Source: Yuukianura sp. NJ FZ-2021 (taxonomy: Eukaryota). From it: a DNA stretch of 64,000 nucleotides. Each line of letters begins with the position of its first letter. Within the stretch, counting starts at the first letter, position 1. Location: the NCBI GenBank assembly GCA_046563655.1, contig JAJCTO010000009.1, positions 620,001 to 684,000 on the forward strand. Reading direction: 5' to 3'. The position numbers and the translations under genes are program-made. Below are positions 36,301 through 51,300 of this stretch, piece by piece. The notes below the pieces were generated by a model, which saw nothing but the letters and a program-made list of their open reading frames with translations, did no database searches and was not told where the DNA came from.

Positions 36301-39300
36301 ACATTCAGCATTATTTGTTATTTTGATTAAAATTTTTAGGAAATACTTTTTTATGTCATACTACCACCTTGCACTTCCAATAAAGCACACCTGAATAACT
36401 GGTGTTCAACAATAATCTGGAATTATATTTTAGCCCAACTCCACTATGCAACAAGTGCATAAATCTAACTGTCATTTTGGTATAAACTAATGTGGGAACT
36501 ATACAACGAAGTTTTAAACATACTGAAAAATGGAATTTATGCCTTGTTATCGCTTATAACCATCTTCATGGAACGCATCTAATACCGGTCCACTTTGTCG
36601 TAGTGCATCAACGACTATTACACACGGTGAACCACTTGTTGTCAGCCTTCATCTTTGAGCTCAAAGGAGAAGTGCCGGTGAAATGACAAGCTCGCCCTCA
36701 CTCCAGACACCAACCAGTACTCATTTTGACACTATGAATCACAGTGACTCAGACGGCAATGGAACTTCATGGGAAGTCTATTATTAAATTTTCTAAATCA
36801 AAATCGAACATTCCGCATTATTTGTTATTTTGATTAAAATTTTTAGGAAATACTTTTTTATGTCATACTACCACCTTGCACTTCCAATAAAGCACACCTG
36901 AATAACTGGTGTTCAACACTAATCTGGAATTATATTTTAGCCCAACTCCACTATGCAACAAGTGCATAAATCTAACTGTCATTTTGGTATAAACTAATGT
37001 GGGAACTATACAACGAAGTTTTAAACATACCGAAAAATGGAATTTATGCCTTGTTATCGCTTATAACCATCTTCATGGAACGCATCTAATACCGGTCCAC
37101 TTTGTCGTAGTGCATCAACGACTATTACACACGGTGAACCACTTGTTGTCAGCCTTCATCTTTGAGCTCAAAGGAGAAGTGCCGGTGAAATGACAAGCGC
37201 GACCTCACTACAGACACCAACCAGTACTCATTTTGACACTATGAATCACAGTGACTCAGACGGCAATGGAACTTCATGGGAAGTCTATTATTAAATTTTC
37301 TAAATCAAAATCGAACATTCCGCATTATTTGTTATTTTGATTAAAATTTTTAGGAAATACTTTTTTATGTCATACTACCACCTTGCACTTCCAATAAAGC
37401 ACACCTGAATAACTGGTGTTCAACAGTAATCTGGAATTATATTTTAGCCCAACTCCACTATGCAACAAGTGCATAAATCTAACTGTCATTTTGGTATAAA
37501 CTAATGTGGGAACTATACAACGAAGTTTTAAACATACCGAAAAATGGAATTTATGCCTTGTTATCGCTTATAACCATCTTCATGGAACGCATCTAATACC
37601 GGTCCACTTTGTCGTAGTGCATCAACGACTATTACACACGGTGAACCACTTGTTGTCAGCCTTCATCTTTGAGCTCAAAGGAGAAGTGCCGGTGAAATGA
37701 CAAGCTCGACCTCACTACAAATACCAACCAGTACTCATTTTGACACCATGATACACAATGACTCCGACGGCAATGGAACTTCAGGGGATCCCATTATTAC
37801 ATTTTCTAAATCAAAATCGAACATTCCGCATTATTTGTTATTTTGATTAAAATTGTTAGGAAAGACTTTTTTATGTCATACTACCACCTTGCACTTCCAA
37901 CAAAACACACCTGAATAACTAACTGGTGTTCAACACTAATCTGGAATTATATTTTAGCCCAACTCCACTATGCAACAAGTGCATAAATCTAACTGTCATT
38001 TTGGTATAAACTAATGTGGGAACTATACAACGAAGTTTTAAACATACCGAAAAATGGAATTTATGCCTTGTTATCGCTTATAACCATCTTCATGGAACGC
38101 ATCTAATACCGGTCCACTTTGTCGTAGTGCATCAACGACTATTACACACGGTGAACCACTTGTTGTCAGCCTTCATCTTTGAGCACAAAGGAGAAGTGCC
38201 GGTGAAATGACAAGCTCGCCCTCACTACAGATACCAACCAGTACTCATTTTGACACTATGAATCACAATGACTCAGACGGCAACTGAACTTCAGGGGAAA
38301 TCCCATTATTACATTTTCTAAATCAAAATCGAACATTCCGCATTATTTGTTATTTTGATTAAAATTGTTAGGAAAGACTTTTTTATGTCATACTACCACC
38401 TTGCACTTCCAATAAAGCACACCTGAATAACTGGTGTTCAACAATAATCTGGAATTATATTTTAGCCCAACTCCACTATGCAACAAGTGCATAAATCTAA
38501 CTGTCATTTTGGTATAAACTAATGTGGGAACTATACAACGAAGTTTTAAACATACTGAAAAATGGAATTTATGCCTTGTTATCGCTTATAACCATCTTCA
38601 TGGAACGCATCTAATACCGGTCCACTTTGTCGTAGTGCATCAACGACTATTACACACGGTGAACCACTTGTTGTCAGCCTTCATCTTTGAGCTCAAAGGA
38701 GAAGTGCCGGTGAAATGACAAGCTCGCCCTCACTACAAATACCAACCAGTACTCATTTTGACACTATGAATCACAATGACTCAGACGGCAACTGAACTTC
38801 AGGGGATCCCATTATTACATTTTCTAAATCAAAATCGAACATTCCGCATTATTTGTTATTTTGATTAAAATTGTTAGGAAATACTTTTGTATGTCATACT
38901 ACCACCTTGCACTTCTAATAAAGCACACCTGAATAACTGGTGTTCAACAATAATCTGGAATTATATTTTAGCCCAACTCCACTATGCAACAAGTGCATAA
39001 ATCTAACTGTCATTTTGGTATAAACTAATGTGGGAACTATACAACGAAGTTTTAAACATACTGAAAAATGGAATTTATGCCTTGTTATCGCTTATAACCA
39101 TCTTCATGGAACGCATCTAATACCGGTCCACTTTGTCGTAGTGCATCAACGACTATTACACACGGTGAACCACTTGTTGTCAGCCTTCATCTTTGAGCTC
39201 AAAGGAGAAGTGCCGGTGAAATGACAAGCTCGCCCTCACTCCAGATACCAACCAGTACTCATTTTGACACTATGAATCACAATGACTCAGACGGCAATGG

Positions 39301-42300
39301 AACTTCAGGGGAAATCCCATTATTACATTTTCTAAATCAAAATCGAACATTCCGCATTATTTGTTATTTTGATTAAAATTTTTAGGAAATACTTTTTTAT
39401 GTCATACTACCACCTTGCCCTTCCAATAAAGCACACCTGAATAACTGGTGTTCAACACTAATCTGGAATTATATTTTAGCCCAACTCCACTATGCAACAA
39501 GTGCATAAATCTAACTGTCATTTTGGTATAAACTAATGTGGGAACTATACAACGAAGTTTTAAACATACTGAAAAATGGAATTTATGCCTTGTTATCGCT
39601 TATAACCATCTTCATGGAACGCATCTAATACCGGTCCACTTTGTCGTAGTGCATCAACGACTATTACACACGGTGAACCACTTGTTGTCAGCCTTCATCT
39701 TTGAGCTCAAAGGAGAAGTGCCGGTGAAATGACAAGCTCGCCCTCACTACAAATACCAACCAGTACTCATTTTGACACTATGAATCACAATGACTCAGAC
39801 GGCAACTGAACTTCAGGGGAAATCCCATTATTACATTTTCTAAATCAAAATCGAACATTCCGCATTATTTGTTATTTTGATTAAAATTTTTAGGAAAATA
39901 ATTTTTTATGTCATACTACCACCTTGCACTTCCAATAAAGCACACCTGAATAACTGGTGCTCAACACTAATCTGGAATTATATTTTAGCCCAACTCCACT
40001 ATGCAACAAGTGCATAAATCTAACTGTCATTTTGGTATAAACTAATGTGGGAACTATACAACGAAGTTTTAAACATACCGAAAAATGGAATTTATGCCTT
40101 GTTATCGCTTATAACCATCTTCATGGAACGCATCTAATACCGGTCCACTTTGTCGTAGTGCATCAACGACTATTACACACGGTGAACCACTTGTTGTCAG
40201 CCTTCATCTTTGAGCTCAAAGGAGAAGTGCCGGTGAAATGACAAGCTCGCCCTCACTACAAATACCAACCAGTACTCATTTTGACACCATGAATCACAAT
40301 GACTCCGACGGCAACTGAACTTCAGGGGAAATCCCATTATTACATTTTCTAAATCAAAATCGAACATTCCGCATTATTTGTTATTTTGATTAAAATTGTT
40401 AGGAAAGACTTTTTTATGCCATACTACCACTTTGCGCTTCCGATAAAACACACCTGAATAACTGGTGTTCAACAATAATCTGGAATTATATTTTAGCCCA
40501 ACTCCACTATGCAACAAGTGCATAAATCTAACTGTCATTTTGGTATAAACTAATGTGGGAACTATACAACGAAGTTTTAAACATACTGAAAAATGGAATT
40601 TATGCCTTGTTATCGCTTATAACCATCTTCATGGAACGCATCTAATACCGGTCCACTTTGTCGTAGTGCATCAACGACTATTACACACGGTGAACCACTT
40701 GTTGTCAGCCTTCATCTTTGAGCACAAAGGAGAAGTGCCGGTGAAATGACAAGCTCGCCCTCACTACAGATACCAACCAGTACTCATTTTGACACTATGA
40801 ATCACAATGACTCAGACGGCAACTGAACTTCAGGGGAAATCCCATTATTACATTTTCTAAATCAAAATCGAACATTCCGCATTATTTGTTATTTTGATTA
40901 AAATTTTTAGGAAATACTTTTTTATGTCATACTACCACCTTGCACTTCCAATAAAGCACACCTGAATAACTGGTGTTCAACAATAATCTGGAATTATATT
41001 TTAGCCCAACTCCACTATGCAACAAGTGCATAAATCTAACTGTCATTTTGGTATAAACTAATGTGGGAACTATACAACGAAGTTTTAAACATACTGAAAA
41101 ATGGAATTTATGCCTTGTTATCGCTTATAACCATCTTCATGGAACGCATCTAATACCGGTCCACTTTGTCGTAGTGCATCAACGACTATTACACACGGTG
41201 AACCACTTGTTGTCAGCCTTCATCTTTGAGCTCAAAGGAGAAGTGCCTGTGAAATGACAAGCTCGCCCTCACTACAGATACCAACCAGTACTCACTTTGA
41301 CACTATGAATCACAATGACTCAGACGGCAATGGAACTTCGGGGGAAATACCATCATTAAATTTTCTAAATCAAAATCGAACATTCCGCATTATTTGTTAT
41401 TTTGATTAAAATTTTTAGGAAAGACATTTTTATGTCATACTACCACCTTGCACTTCCAATAAAGCACACCGGAATAACTGGTGTTCAACACTAATCTGGA
41501 ATTATATTTTAGCCCAACTCCACTATGCAACAAGTGCATAAATCTAACTGTCATTTTGGTATAAACTAATGTGGGAACTATACAACGAAGTTTTAAACAT
41601 ACCGAAAAATGGAATTTATGCCTTGTTATCGCTTATAACCATCTTCATGGAACGCATCTAATACCGGTCCACTTTGTCGTAGTGCATCAACGACTATTAC
41701 ACACGGTGAACCACTTGTTGTCAGCCTTCATCTTTGAGCTCAAAGGAGAAGTGCCGGTGAAATGACAAGCTCGCCCTCACTACAGATACCAACCAGTACT
41801 CATTTTGACACTATGAATCACAATGACTCAGACGGCAACTGAACTTCAGGGGAAATCCCATTATTACATTTTCTAAATCAAAATCGAACATTCCGCATTA
41901 TTTGTTATTTTGATTAAAATTGTTAGGAAAGACTTTTTTATGTCATACTACCACCTTGCACTTCCAATAAAGCACACCTGAATAACTGGTGTTCAACAAT
42001 AATCTGGAATTATATTTTAGCCCAACTCCACTATGCAACAAGTGCATAAATCTAACTGTCATTTTGGTATAAACTAATGTGGGAACTATACAACGAAGTT
42101 TTAAACATACTGAAAAATGGAATTTATGCCTTGTTATCGCTTATAACCATCTTCATGGAACGCATCTAATACCGGTCCACTTTGTCGTAGTGCATCAACG
42201 ACTATTACACACGGTGAACCACTTGTTGTCAGCCTTCATCTTTGAGCTCAAAGGAGAAGTGCCGGTGAAATGACAAGCTCGCCCTCACTACAGATACCAA

Positions 42301-45300
42301 CCAGTACTCATTTTGACACTATGAATCACAATGACTCAGACGGCAACTGAACTTCAGGGGAAATCCCATTATTACATTTTCTAAATCAAAATCGAACATT
42401 CAGCATTATTTGTTATTTTGATTAAAATTTTTAGGAAATACTTTTTTATGTCATACTACCACCTTGCACTTCCAATAAAGCACACCTGAATAACTGGTGT
42501 TCAACAATAATCTGGAATTATATTTTAGCCCAACTCCACTATGCAACAAGTGCATAAATCTAACTGTCATTTTGGTATAAACTAATGTGGGAACTATACA
42601 ACGAAGTTTTAAACATACTGAAAAATGGAATTTATGCCTTGTTATCGCTTATAACCATCTTCATGGAACGCATCTAATACCGGTCCACTTTGTCGTAGTG
42701 CATCAACGACTATTACACACGGTGAACCACTTGTTGTCAGCCTTCATCTTTGAGCTCAAAGGAGAAGTGCCGGTGAAATGACAAGCTCGCCCTCACTACA
42801 AATACCAACCAGTACTCATTTTGACACCATGAATCACAATGACTCAGACGGCAATGGAACTTCAGGGGAAATCCCATTATTACATTTTCTAAATCAAAAT
42901 CGAACATTCCGCATTATTTGTTATTTTGATTAAAATTGTTAGGAAAGACTTTTTTATGTCATACTACCACCTTGCACTTCCAATAAAGCACACCTGAATA
43001 ACTGGTGCTCAACACTAATCTGGAATTATATTTTAGCCCAACTCCACTATGCAACAAGTGCATAAATCTAACTGTCATTTTGGTATAAACTAATGTGGGA
43101 ACTATACAACGAAGTTTTAAACATACTGAAAAATGGAATTTATGCCTTGTTATCGCTTATAACCATCTTCATGGAACGCATCTAATACCGGTCCACTTTG
43201 TCGTAGTGCATCAACGACTATTACACACGGTGAACCACTTGTTGTCAGCCTTCATCTTTGAGCTCAAAGGAGAAGTGCCGGTGAAATGACAAGCTCGCCC
43301 TCACTACAGATACCAACCAGTACTCATTTTGACACTATGAATCACAATGACTCAGACGGCAACTGAACTTCAGGGGAAATCCCATTATTACATTTTCTAA
43401 ATCAAAATCGAACATTCCGCATTATTTGTTATTTTGATTAAAATTGTTAGGAAAGACTTTTTTATGTCATACTACCACCTTGCACTTCCAATAAAGCACA
43501 CCTGAATAACTGGTGTTCAACAATAATCTGGAATTATATTTTAGCCCAACTCCACTATGCAACAAGTGCATAAATCTAACTGTCATTTTGGTATAAACTA
43601 ATGTGGGAACTATACAACGAAGTTTTAAACATACTGAAAAATGGAATTTATGCCTTGTTATCGCTTATAACCATCTTCATGGAACGCATCTAATACCGGT
43701 CCACTTTGTCGTAGTGCATCAACGACTATTACACACGGTGAACCACTTGTTGTCAGCCTTCATCTTTGAGCTCAAAGGAGAAGTGCCGGTGAAATGACAA
43801 GCTCGCCCTCACTACAGATACCAACCAGTACTCATTTTGACACTATGAATCACAATGACTCAGACGGCAACTGAACTTCAGGGGAAATCCCATTATTACA
43901 TTTTCTAAATCAAAATCGAACATTCAGCATTATTTGTTATTTTGATTAAAATTTTTAGGAAAGACTTTTTTATGTCATACTACCACCTTGCACTTCCAAT
44001 AAAGCACACCTGAATAACTGGTGTTCAACAATAATCTGGAATTATATTTTAGCCCAACTCCACTATGCAACAAGTGCATAAATCTAACTGTCATTTTGGT
44101 ATAAACTAATGTGGGAACTATACAACGAAGTTTTAAACATACTGAAAAATGGAATTTATGCCTTGTTATCGCTTATAACCATCTTCATGGAACGCATCTA
44201 ATACCGGTCCACTTTGTCGTAGTGCATCAACGACTATTACACACGGTGAACCACTTGTTGTCAGCCTTCATCTTTGAGCTCAAAGGAGAAGTGCCGGTGA
44301 AATGACAAGCTCGCCCTCACTACAAATACCAACCAGTACTCACTTTGACACTATGAATCACAATGACTCAGACGGCAATGGAACTTCGGGGGAAATACCA
44401 TCATTAAATTTTCTAAATCAAAATCGAACATTCCGCATTATTTGTTATTTTGATTAAAATTTTTAGGAAATACTTTTTTATGTCATACTACCACCTTGCA
44501 CTTCCAATAAAGCACACCTGAATAACTGGTGTTCAACAATAATCTGGAATTATATTTTAGCCCAACTCCACTATGCAACAAGTGCATAAATCTAACTGTC
44601 ATTTTGGTATAAACTAATGTGGGAACTATACAACGAAGTTTTAAACATACTGAAAAATGGAATTTATGCCTTGTTATCGCTTATAACCATCTTCATGGAA
44701 CGCATCTAATACCGGTCCACTTTGTCGTAGTGCATCAACGACTATTACACACGGTGAACCACTTGTTGTCAGCCTTCATCTTTGAGCTCAAAGGAGAAGT
44801 GCCGGTGAAATGACAAGCTCGCCCTCACTACAGATACCAACCAGTACTCATTTTGACACCATGAATCACAATGACTCCGACGGCAATGGAACTTCAGGGG
44901 AAATCCCATTATTACATTTTCTAAATCAAAATCGAACATTCCGCATTATTTGTTATTTTGATTAAAATTGTTAGGAAAGACTTTTTTATGTCATACTACC
45001 ACCTTGCACTTCCAATAAAGCACACCTGAATAACTGGTGTTCAACAATAATCTGGAATTATATTTTAGCCCAACTCCACTATGCAACAAGTGCATAAATC
45101 TAACTGTCATTTTGGTATAAACTAATGTGGGAACTATACAACGAAGTTTTAAACATACTGAAAAATGGAATTTATGCCTTGTTATCGCTTATAACCATCT
45201 TCATGGAACGCATCTAATACCGGTCCACTTTGTCGTAGTGCATCAACGACTATTACACACGGTGAACCACTTGTTGTCAGCCTTCATCTTTGAGCTCAAA

Positions 45301-48300
45301 GGAGAAGTGCCGGTGAAATGACAAGCTCGCCCTCACTACATATACCAACCAGTACTCATTTTGACACTATGAATCACAATGACTCAGACGGCAACTGAAC
45401 TTCAGGGGAAATCCCATTATTACATTTTCTAAATCAAAATCGAACATTCCGCATTATTTGTTATTTTGATTAAAATTGTTAGGAAAGACTTTTTTATGTC
45501 ATACTACCACCTTGCACTTCCAATAAAGCACACCTGAATAACTGGTGTTCAACAATAATCTGGAATTATATTTTAGCCCAACTCCACTATGCAACAAGTG
45601 CATAAATCTAACTGTCATTTTGGTATAAACTAATGTGGGAACTATACAACGAAGTTTTAAACATACTGAAAAATGGAATTTATGCCTTGTTATCGCTTAT
45701 AACCATCTTCATGGAACGCATCTAATACCGGTCCACTTTGTCGTAGTGCATCAACGACTATTACACACGGTGAACCACTTGTTGTCAGCCTTCATCTTTG
45801 AGCTCAAAGGAGAAGTGCCGGTGAAATGACAAGCTCGCCCTCACTACAGATACCAACCAGTACTCATTTTGACACTATGAATCACAATGACTCAGACGGC
45901 AACTGAACTTCAGGGGAAATCCCATTATTACATTTTCTAAATCAAAATCGAACATTCAGCATTATTTGTTATTTTGATTAAAATTTTTAGGAAATACTTT
46001 TTTATGTCATACTACCACCTTGCACTTCCAATAAAGCACACCTGAATAACTGGTGTTCAACAATAATCTGGAATTATATTTTAGCCCAACTCCACTATGC
46101 AACAAGTGCATAAATCTAACTGTCATTTTGGTATAAACTAATGTGGGAACTATACAACGAAGTTTTAAACATACTGAAAAATGGAATTTATGCCTTGTTA
46201 TCGCTTATAACCATCTTCATGGAACGCATCTAATACCGGTCCACTTTGTCGTAGTGCATCAACGACTATTACACACGGTGAACCACTTGTTGTCAGCCTT
46301 CATCTTTGAGCTCAAAGGAGAAGTGCCGGTGAAATGACAAGCTCGCCCTCACTACAAATACCAACCAGTACTCATTTTGACACCATGATACACAATGACT
46401 CCGACGGCAATGGAACTTCAGGGGAAATCCCATTATTACATTTTCTAAATCAAAATCGAACATTCCGCATTATTTGTTATTTTGATTAAAATTGTTAGGA
46501 AAGACTTTTTTATGCCATACTACCACTTTGCGCTTCCGATAAAACACACCTGAATAACTGGTGTTCAACAATATTCTGGAATTATATTTTAGCCCAACTC
46601 CACCATGCGACAAGTGCATAAATCTGTCATTTTGGTATAAACTAATGTGGGAACTATACAACGAAGTTTTAAACATACCGAAAAATGGAATTTATGCCTT
46701 GTTATCGCTTATAACCATCTTCATGGAACGCATCTAATACCGGTCCACTTTGTCGTAGTGCATCAACGACTATTACACACGGTGAACCACTTGTTGTCAG
46801 CCTTCATCTTTGAGCACAAAGGAGAAGTGCCGGTGAAATGACAAGCTCGCCCTCACTACAGATACCAACCAGTACTCATTTTGACACCATGAATCACAAT
46901 GACTCAGACGGCAACTGAACTTCAGGGGAAATCCCATTATTACATTTTCTAAATCAAAATCGAACATTCAGCATTATTTGTTATTTTGATTAAAATTGTT
47001 AGGAAAGACTTTTTTATGTCATACTACCACCTTGCACTTCCGATAAAGCACACCTGAATAACTGGTGTTCAACAATAATCTGGAATTATATTTTAGCCCA
47101 ACTCCACTATGCAACAAGTGCATAAATCTAACTGTCATTTTGGTATAAACTAATGTGGGAACTATACAACGAAGTTTTAAACATACTGAAAAATGGAATT
47201 TATGCCTTGTTATCGCTTATAACCATCTTCATGGAACGCATCTAATACCGGTCCACTTTGTCGTAGTGCATCAACGACTATTACACACGGTGAACCACTT
47301 GTTGTCAGCCTTCATCTTTGAGCTCAAAGGAGAAGTGCCGGTGAAATGACAAGCTCGCCCTCACTACAAATACCAACCAGTACTCATTTTGACACTATGA
47401 ATCACAATGACTCAGACGGCAACTGAACTTCAGGGGAAATCCCATTATTACATTTTCTAAATCAAAATCGAACATTCAGCATTATTTGTTATTTTGATTA
47501 AAATTTTTAGGAAATACTTTTTTATGTCATACTACCACCTTGCACTTCCAATAAAGCACACCTGAATAACTGGTGTTCAACAATAATCTGGAATTATATT
47601 TTAGCCCAACTCCACTATGCAACAAGTGCATAAATCTAACTGTCATTTTGGTATAAACTAATGTGGGAACTATACAACGAAGTTTTAAACATACTGAAAA
47701 ATGGAATTTATGCCTTGTTATCGCTTATAACCATCTTCATGGAACGCATCTAATACCGGTCCACTTTGTCGTAGTGCATCAACGACTATTACACACGGTG
47801 AACCACTTGTTGTCAGCCTTCATCTTTGAGCTCAAAGGAGAAGTGCCGGTGAAATGACAAGCTCGCCCTCACTACAAATACCAACCAGTACTCATTTTGA
47901 CACCATGATACACAATGACTCCGACGGCAATGGAACTTCAGGGGAAATCCCATTATTACATTTTCTAAATCAAAATCGAACATTCCGCATTATTTGTTAT
48001 TTTGATTAAAATTGTTAGGAAAGACTTTTTTATGCCATACTACCACTTTGCGCTTCCGATAAAACACACCTGAATAACTAACTGGTGTTCAACAATAATC
48101 TGGAATTATATTTTAGCCCAACTCCACTATGCAACAAGTGCATAAATCTAACTGTCATTTTGGTATAAACTAATGTGGGAACTATACAACGAAGTTTTAA
48201 ACATACTGAAAAATGGAATTTATGCCTTGTTATCGCTTATAACCATCTTCATGGAACGCATCTAATACCGGTCCACTTTGTCGTAGTGCATCAACGACTA

Positions 48301-51300
48301 TTACACACGGTGAACCACTTGTTGTCAGCCTTCATCTTTGAGCACAAAGGAGAAGTGCCGGTGAAATGACAAGCTCGCCCTCACTACAGATACCAACCAG
48401 TACTCATTTTGACACTATGAATCACAATGACTCAGACGGCAACTGAACTTCAGGGGAAATCCCATTATTACATTTTCTAAATCAAAATCGAACATTCCGC
48501 ATTATTTGTTATTTTGATTAAAATTGTTAGGAAAGACTTTTTTATGTCATACTACCACCTTGCACTTCCAATAAAGCACACCTGAATAACTGGTGTTCAA
48601 CAATAATCTGGAATTATATTTTAGCCCAACTCCACTATGCAACAAGTGCATAAATCTAACTGTCATTTTGGTATAAACTAATGTGGGAACTATACAACGA
48701 AGTTTTAAACATACTGAAAAATGGAATTTATGCCTTGTTATCGCTTATAACCATCTTCATGGAACGCATCTAATACCGGTCCACTTTGTCGTAGTGCATC
48801 AACGACTATTACACACGGTGAACCACTTGTTGTCAGCCTTCATCTTTGAGCTCAAAGGAGAAGTGCCGGTGAAATGACAAGCTCGCCCTCACTACAAATA
48901 CCAACCAGTACTCATTTTGACACTATGAATCACAATGACTCCGACGGCAATGGAACTTCAGGGGAAATCCCATTATTACATTTTCTAAATCAAAATCGAA
49001 CATTCCGCATTATTTGTTATTTTGATTAAAATTGTTAGGAAAGACTTTTTTATGTCATACTACCACCTTGCACTTCCAATAAAGCACACCTGAATAACTG
49101 GTGTTCAACAATAATCTGGAATTATATTTTAGCCCAACTCCACTATGCAACAAGTGCATAAATCTAACTGTCATTTTGGTATAAACTAATGTGGGAACTA
49201 TACAACGAAGTTTTAAACATACTGAAAAATGGAATTTATGCCTTGTTATCGCTTATAACCATCTTCATGGAACGCATCTAATACCGGTCCACTTTGTCGT
49301 AGTGCATCAACGACTATTACACACGGTGAACCACTTGTTGTCAGCCTTCATCTTTGAGCTCAAAGGAGAAGTGCCGGTGAAATGACAAGCTCGCCCTCAC
49401 TACAGATACCAACTAGTACTCATTTTGACACCATGAATCACAATGACTCCGACGGCAATGGAACTTCAGGGGATCCCATTATTACATTTTCTAAATCAAA
49501 ATCGAACATTCCGCATTATTTGTTATTTTGATTAAAATTGTTAGGAAAGACTTTTTTATGTCATACTACCACCTTGCACTTCCAACAAAACACACCTGAA
49601 TAACTGGTGTTCAACAATAATCTGGAATTATATTTTAGCCCAACTCCACTATGCAACAAGTGCATAAATCTAACTGTCATTTTGGTATAAACTAATGTGG
49701 GAACTATACAACGAAGTTTTAAACATACTGAAAAATGGAATTTATGCCTTGTTATCGCTTATAACCATCTTCATGGAACGCATCTAATACCGGTCCACTT
49801 TGTCGTAGTGCATCAACGACTATTACACACGGTGAACCACTTGTTGTCAGCCTTCATCTTTGAGCACAAAGGAGAAGTGCCGGTGAAATGACAAGCTCGC
49901 CCTCACTACAGATACCAACCAGTACTCATTTTGACACTATGAATCACAATGACTCAGACGGCAACTGAACTTCAGGGGAAATCCCATTATTACATTTTCT
50001 AAATCAAAATCGAACATTCCGCATTATTTGTTATTTTGATTAAAATTTTTAGGAAATACTTTTTTATGTCATACTACCACCTTGCACTTCCAATAAAGCA
50101 CACCTGAATAACTGGTGTTCAACAATAATCTGGAATTATATTTTAGCCCAACTCCACTATGCAACAAGTGCATAAATCTAACTGTCATTTTGGTATAAAC
50201 TAATGTGGGAACTATACAACGAAGTTTTAAACATACTGAAAAATGGAATTTATGCCTTGTTATCGCTTATAACCATCTTCATGGAACGCATCTAATACCG
50301 GTCCACTTTGTCGTAGTGCATCAACGACTATTACACACGGTGAACCACTTGTTGTCAGCCTTCATCTTTGAGCTCAAAGGAGAAGTGCCGGTGAAATGAC
50401 AAGCTCGCCCTCACTACAAATACCAACCAGTACTCATTTTGACACCATGATACACAATGACTCAGACGGCAATGGAACTTCAGGGGAAATCCCATTATTA
50501 CATTTTCTAAATCAAAATCGAACATTCCGCATTATTTGTTATTTTGATTAAAATTGTTAGGAAAGACTTTTTTATGTCATACTACCACCTTGCACTTCCA
50601 ATAAAGCACACCTGAATAACTGGTGTTCAACAATAATCTGGAATTATATTTTAGCCCAACTCCACTATGCAACAAGTGCATAAATCTAACTGTCATTTTG
50701 GTATAAACTAATGTGGGAACTATACAACGAAGTTTTAAACATACTGAAAAATGGAATTTATGCCTTGTTATCGCTTATAACCATCTTCATGGAACGCATC
50801 TAATACCGGTCCACTTTGTCGTAGTGCATCAACGACTATTACACACGGTGAACCACTTGTTGTCAGCCTTCATCTTTGAGCTCAAAGGAGAAGTGCCGGT
50901 GAAATGACAAGCTCGCCCTCACTACAAATAACAACCAGTACTCATTTTGACACCATGAATACACAATGACTCCGACGGCAATGGAACTTCAGGGGATCCC
51001 ATTATTACATTTTCTAAATCAAAATCGAACATTCCGCATTATTTGTTATTTTGATTAAAATTGTTAGGAAAGACTTTTTTATGTCATACTACCACCTTGC
51101 ACTTCCAATAAAGCACACCTGAATAACTGGTGTTCAACAATAATCTGGAATTATATTTTAGCCCAACTCCACTATGCAACAAGTGCATAAATCTAACTGT
51201 CATTTTGGTATAAACTAATGTGGGAACTATACAACGAAGTTTTAAACATACTGAAAAATGGAATTTATGCCTTGTTATCGCTTATAACCATCTTCATGGA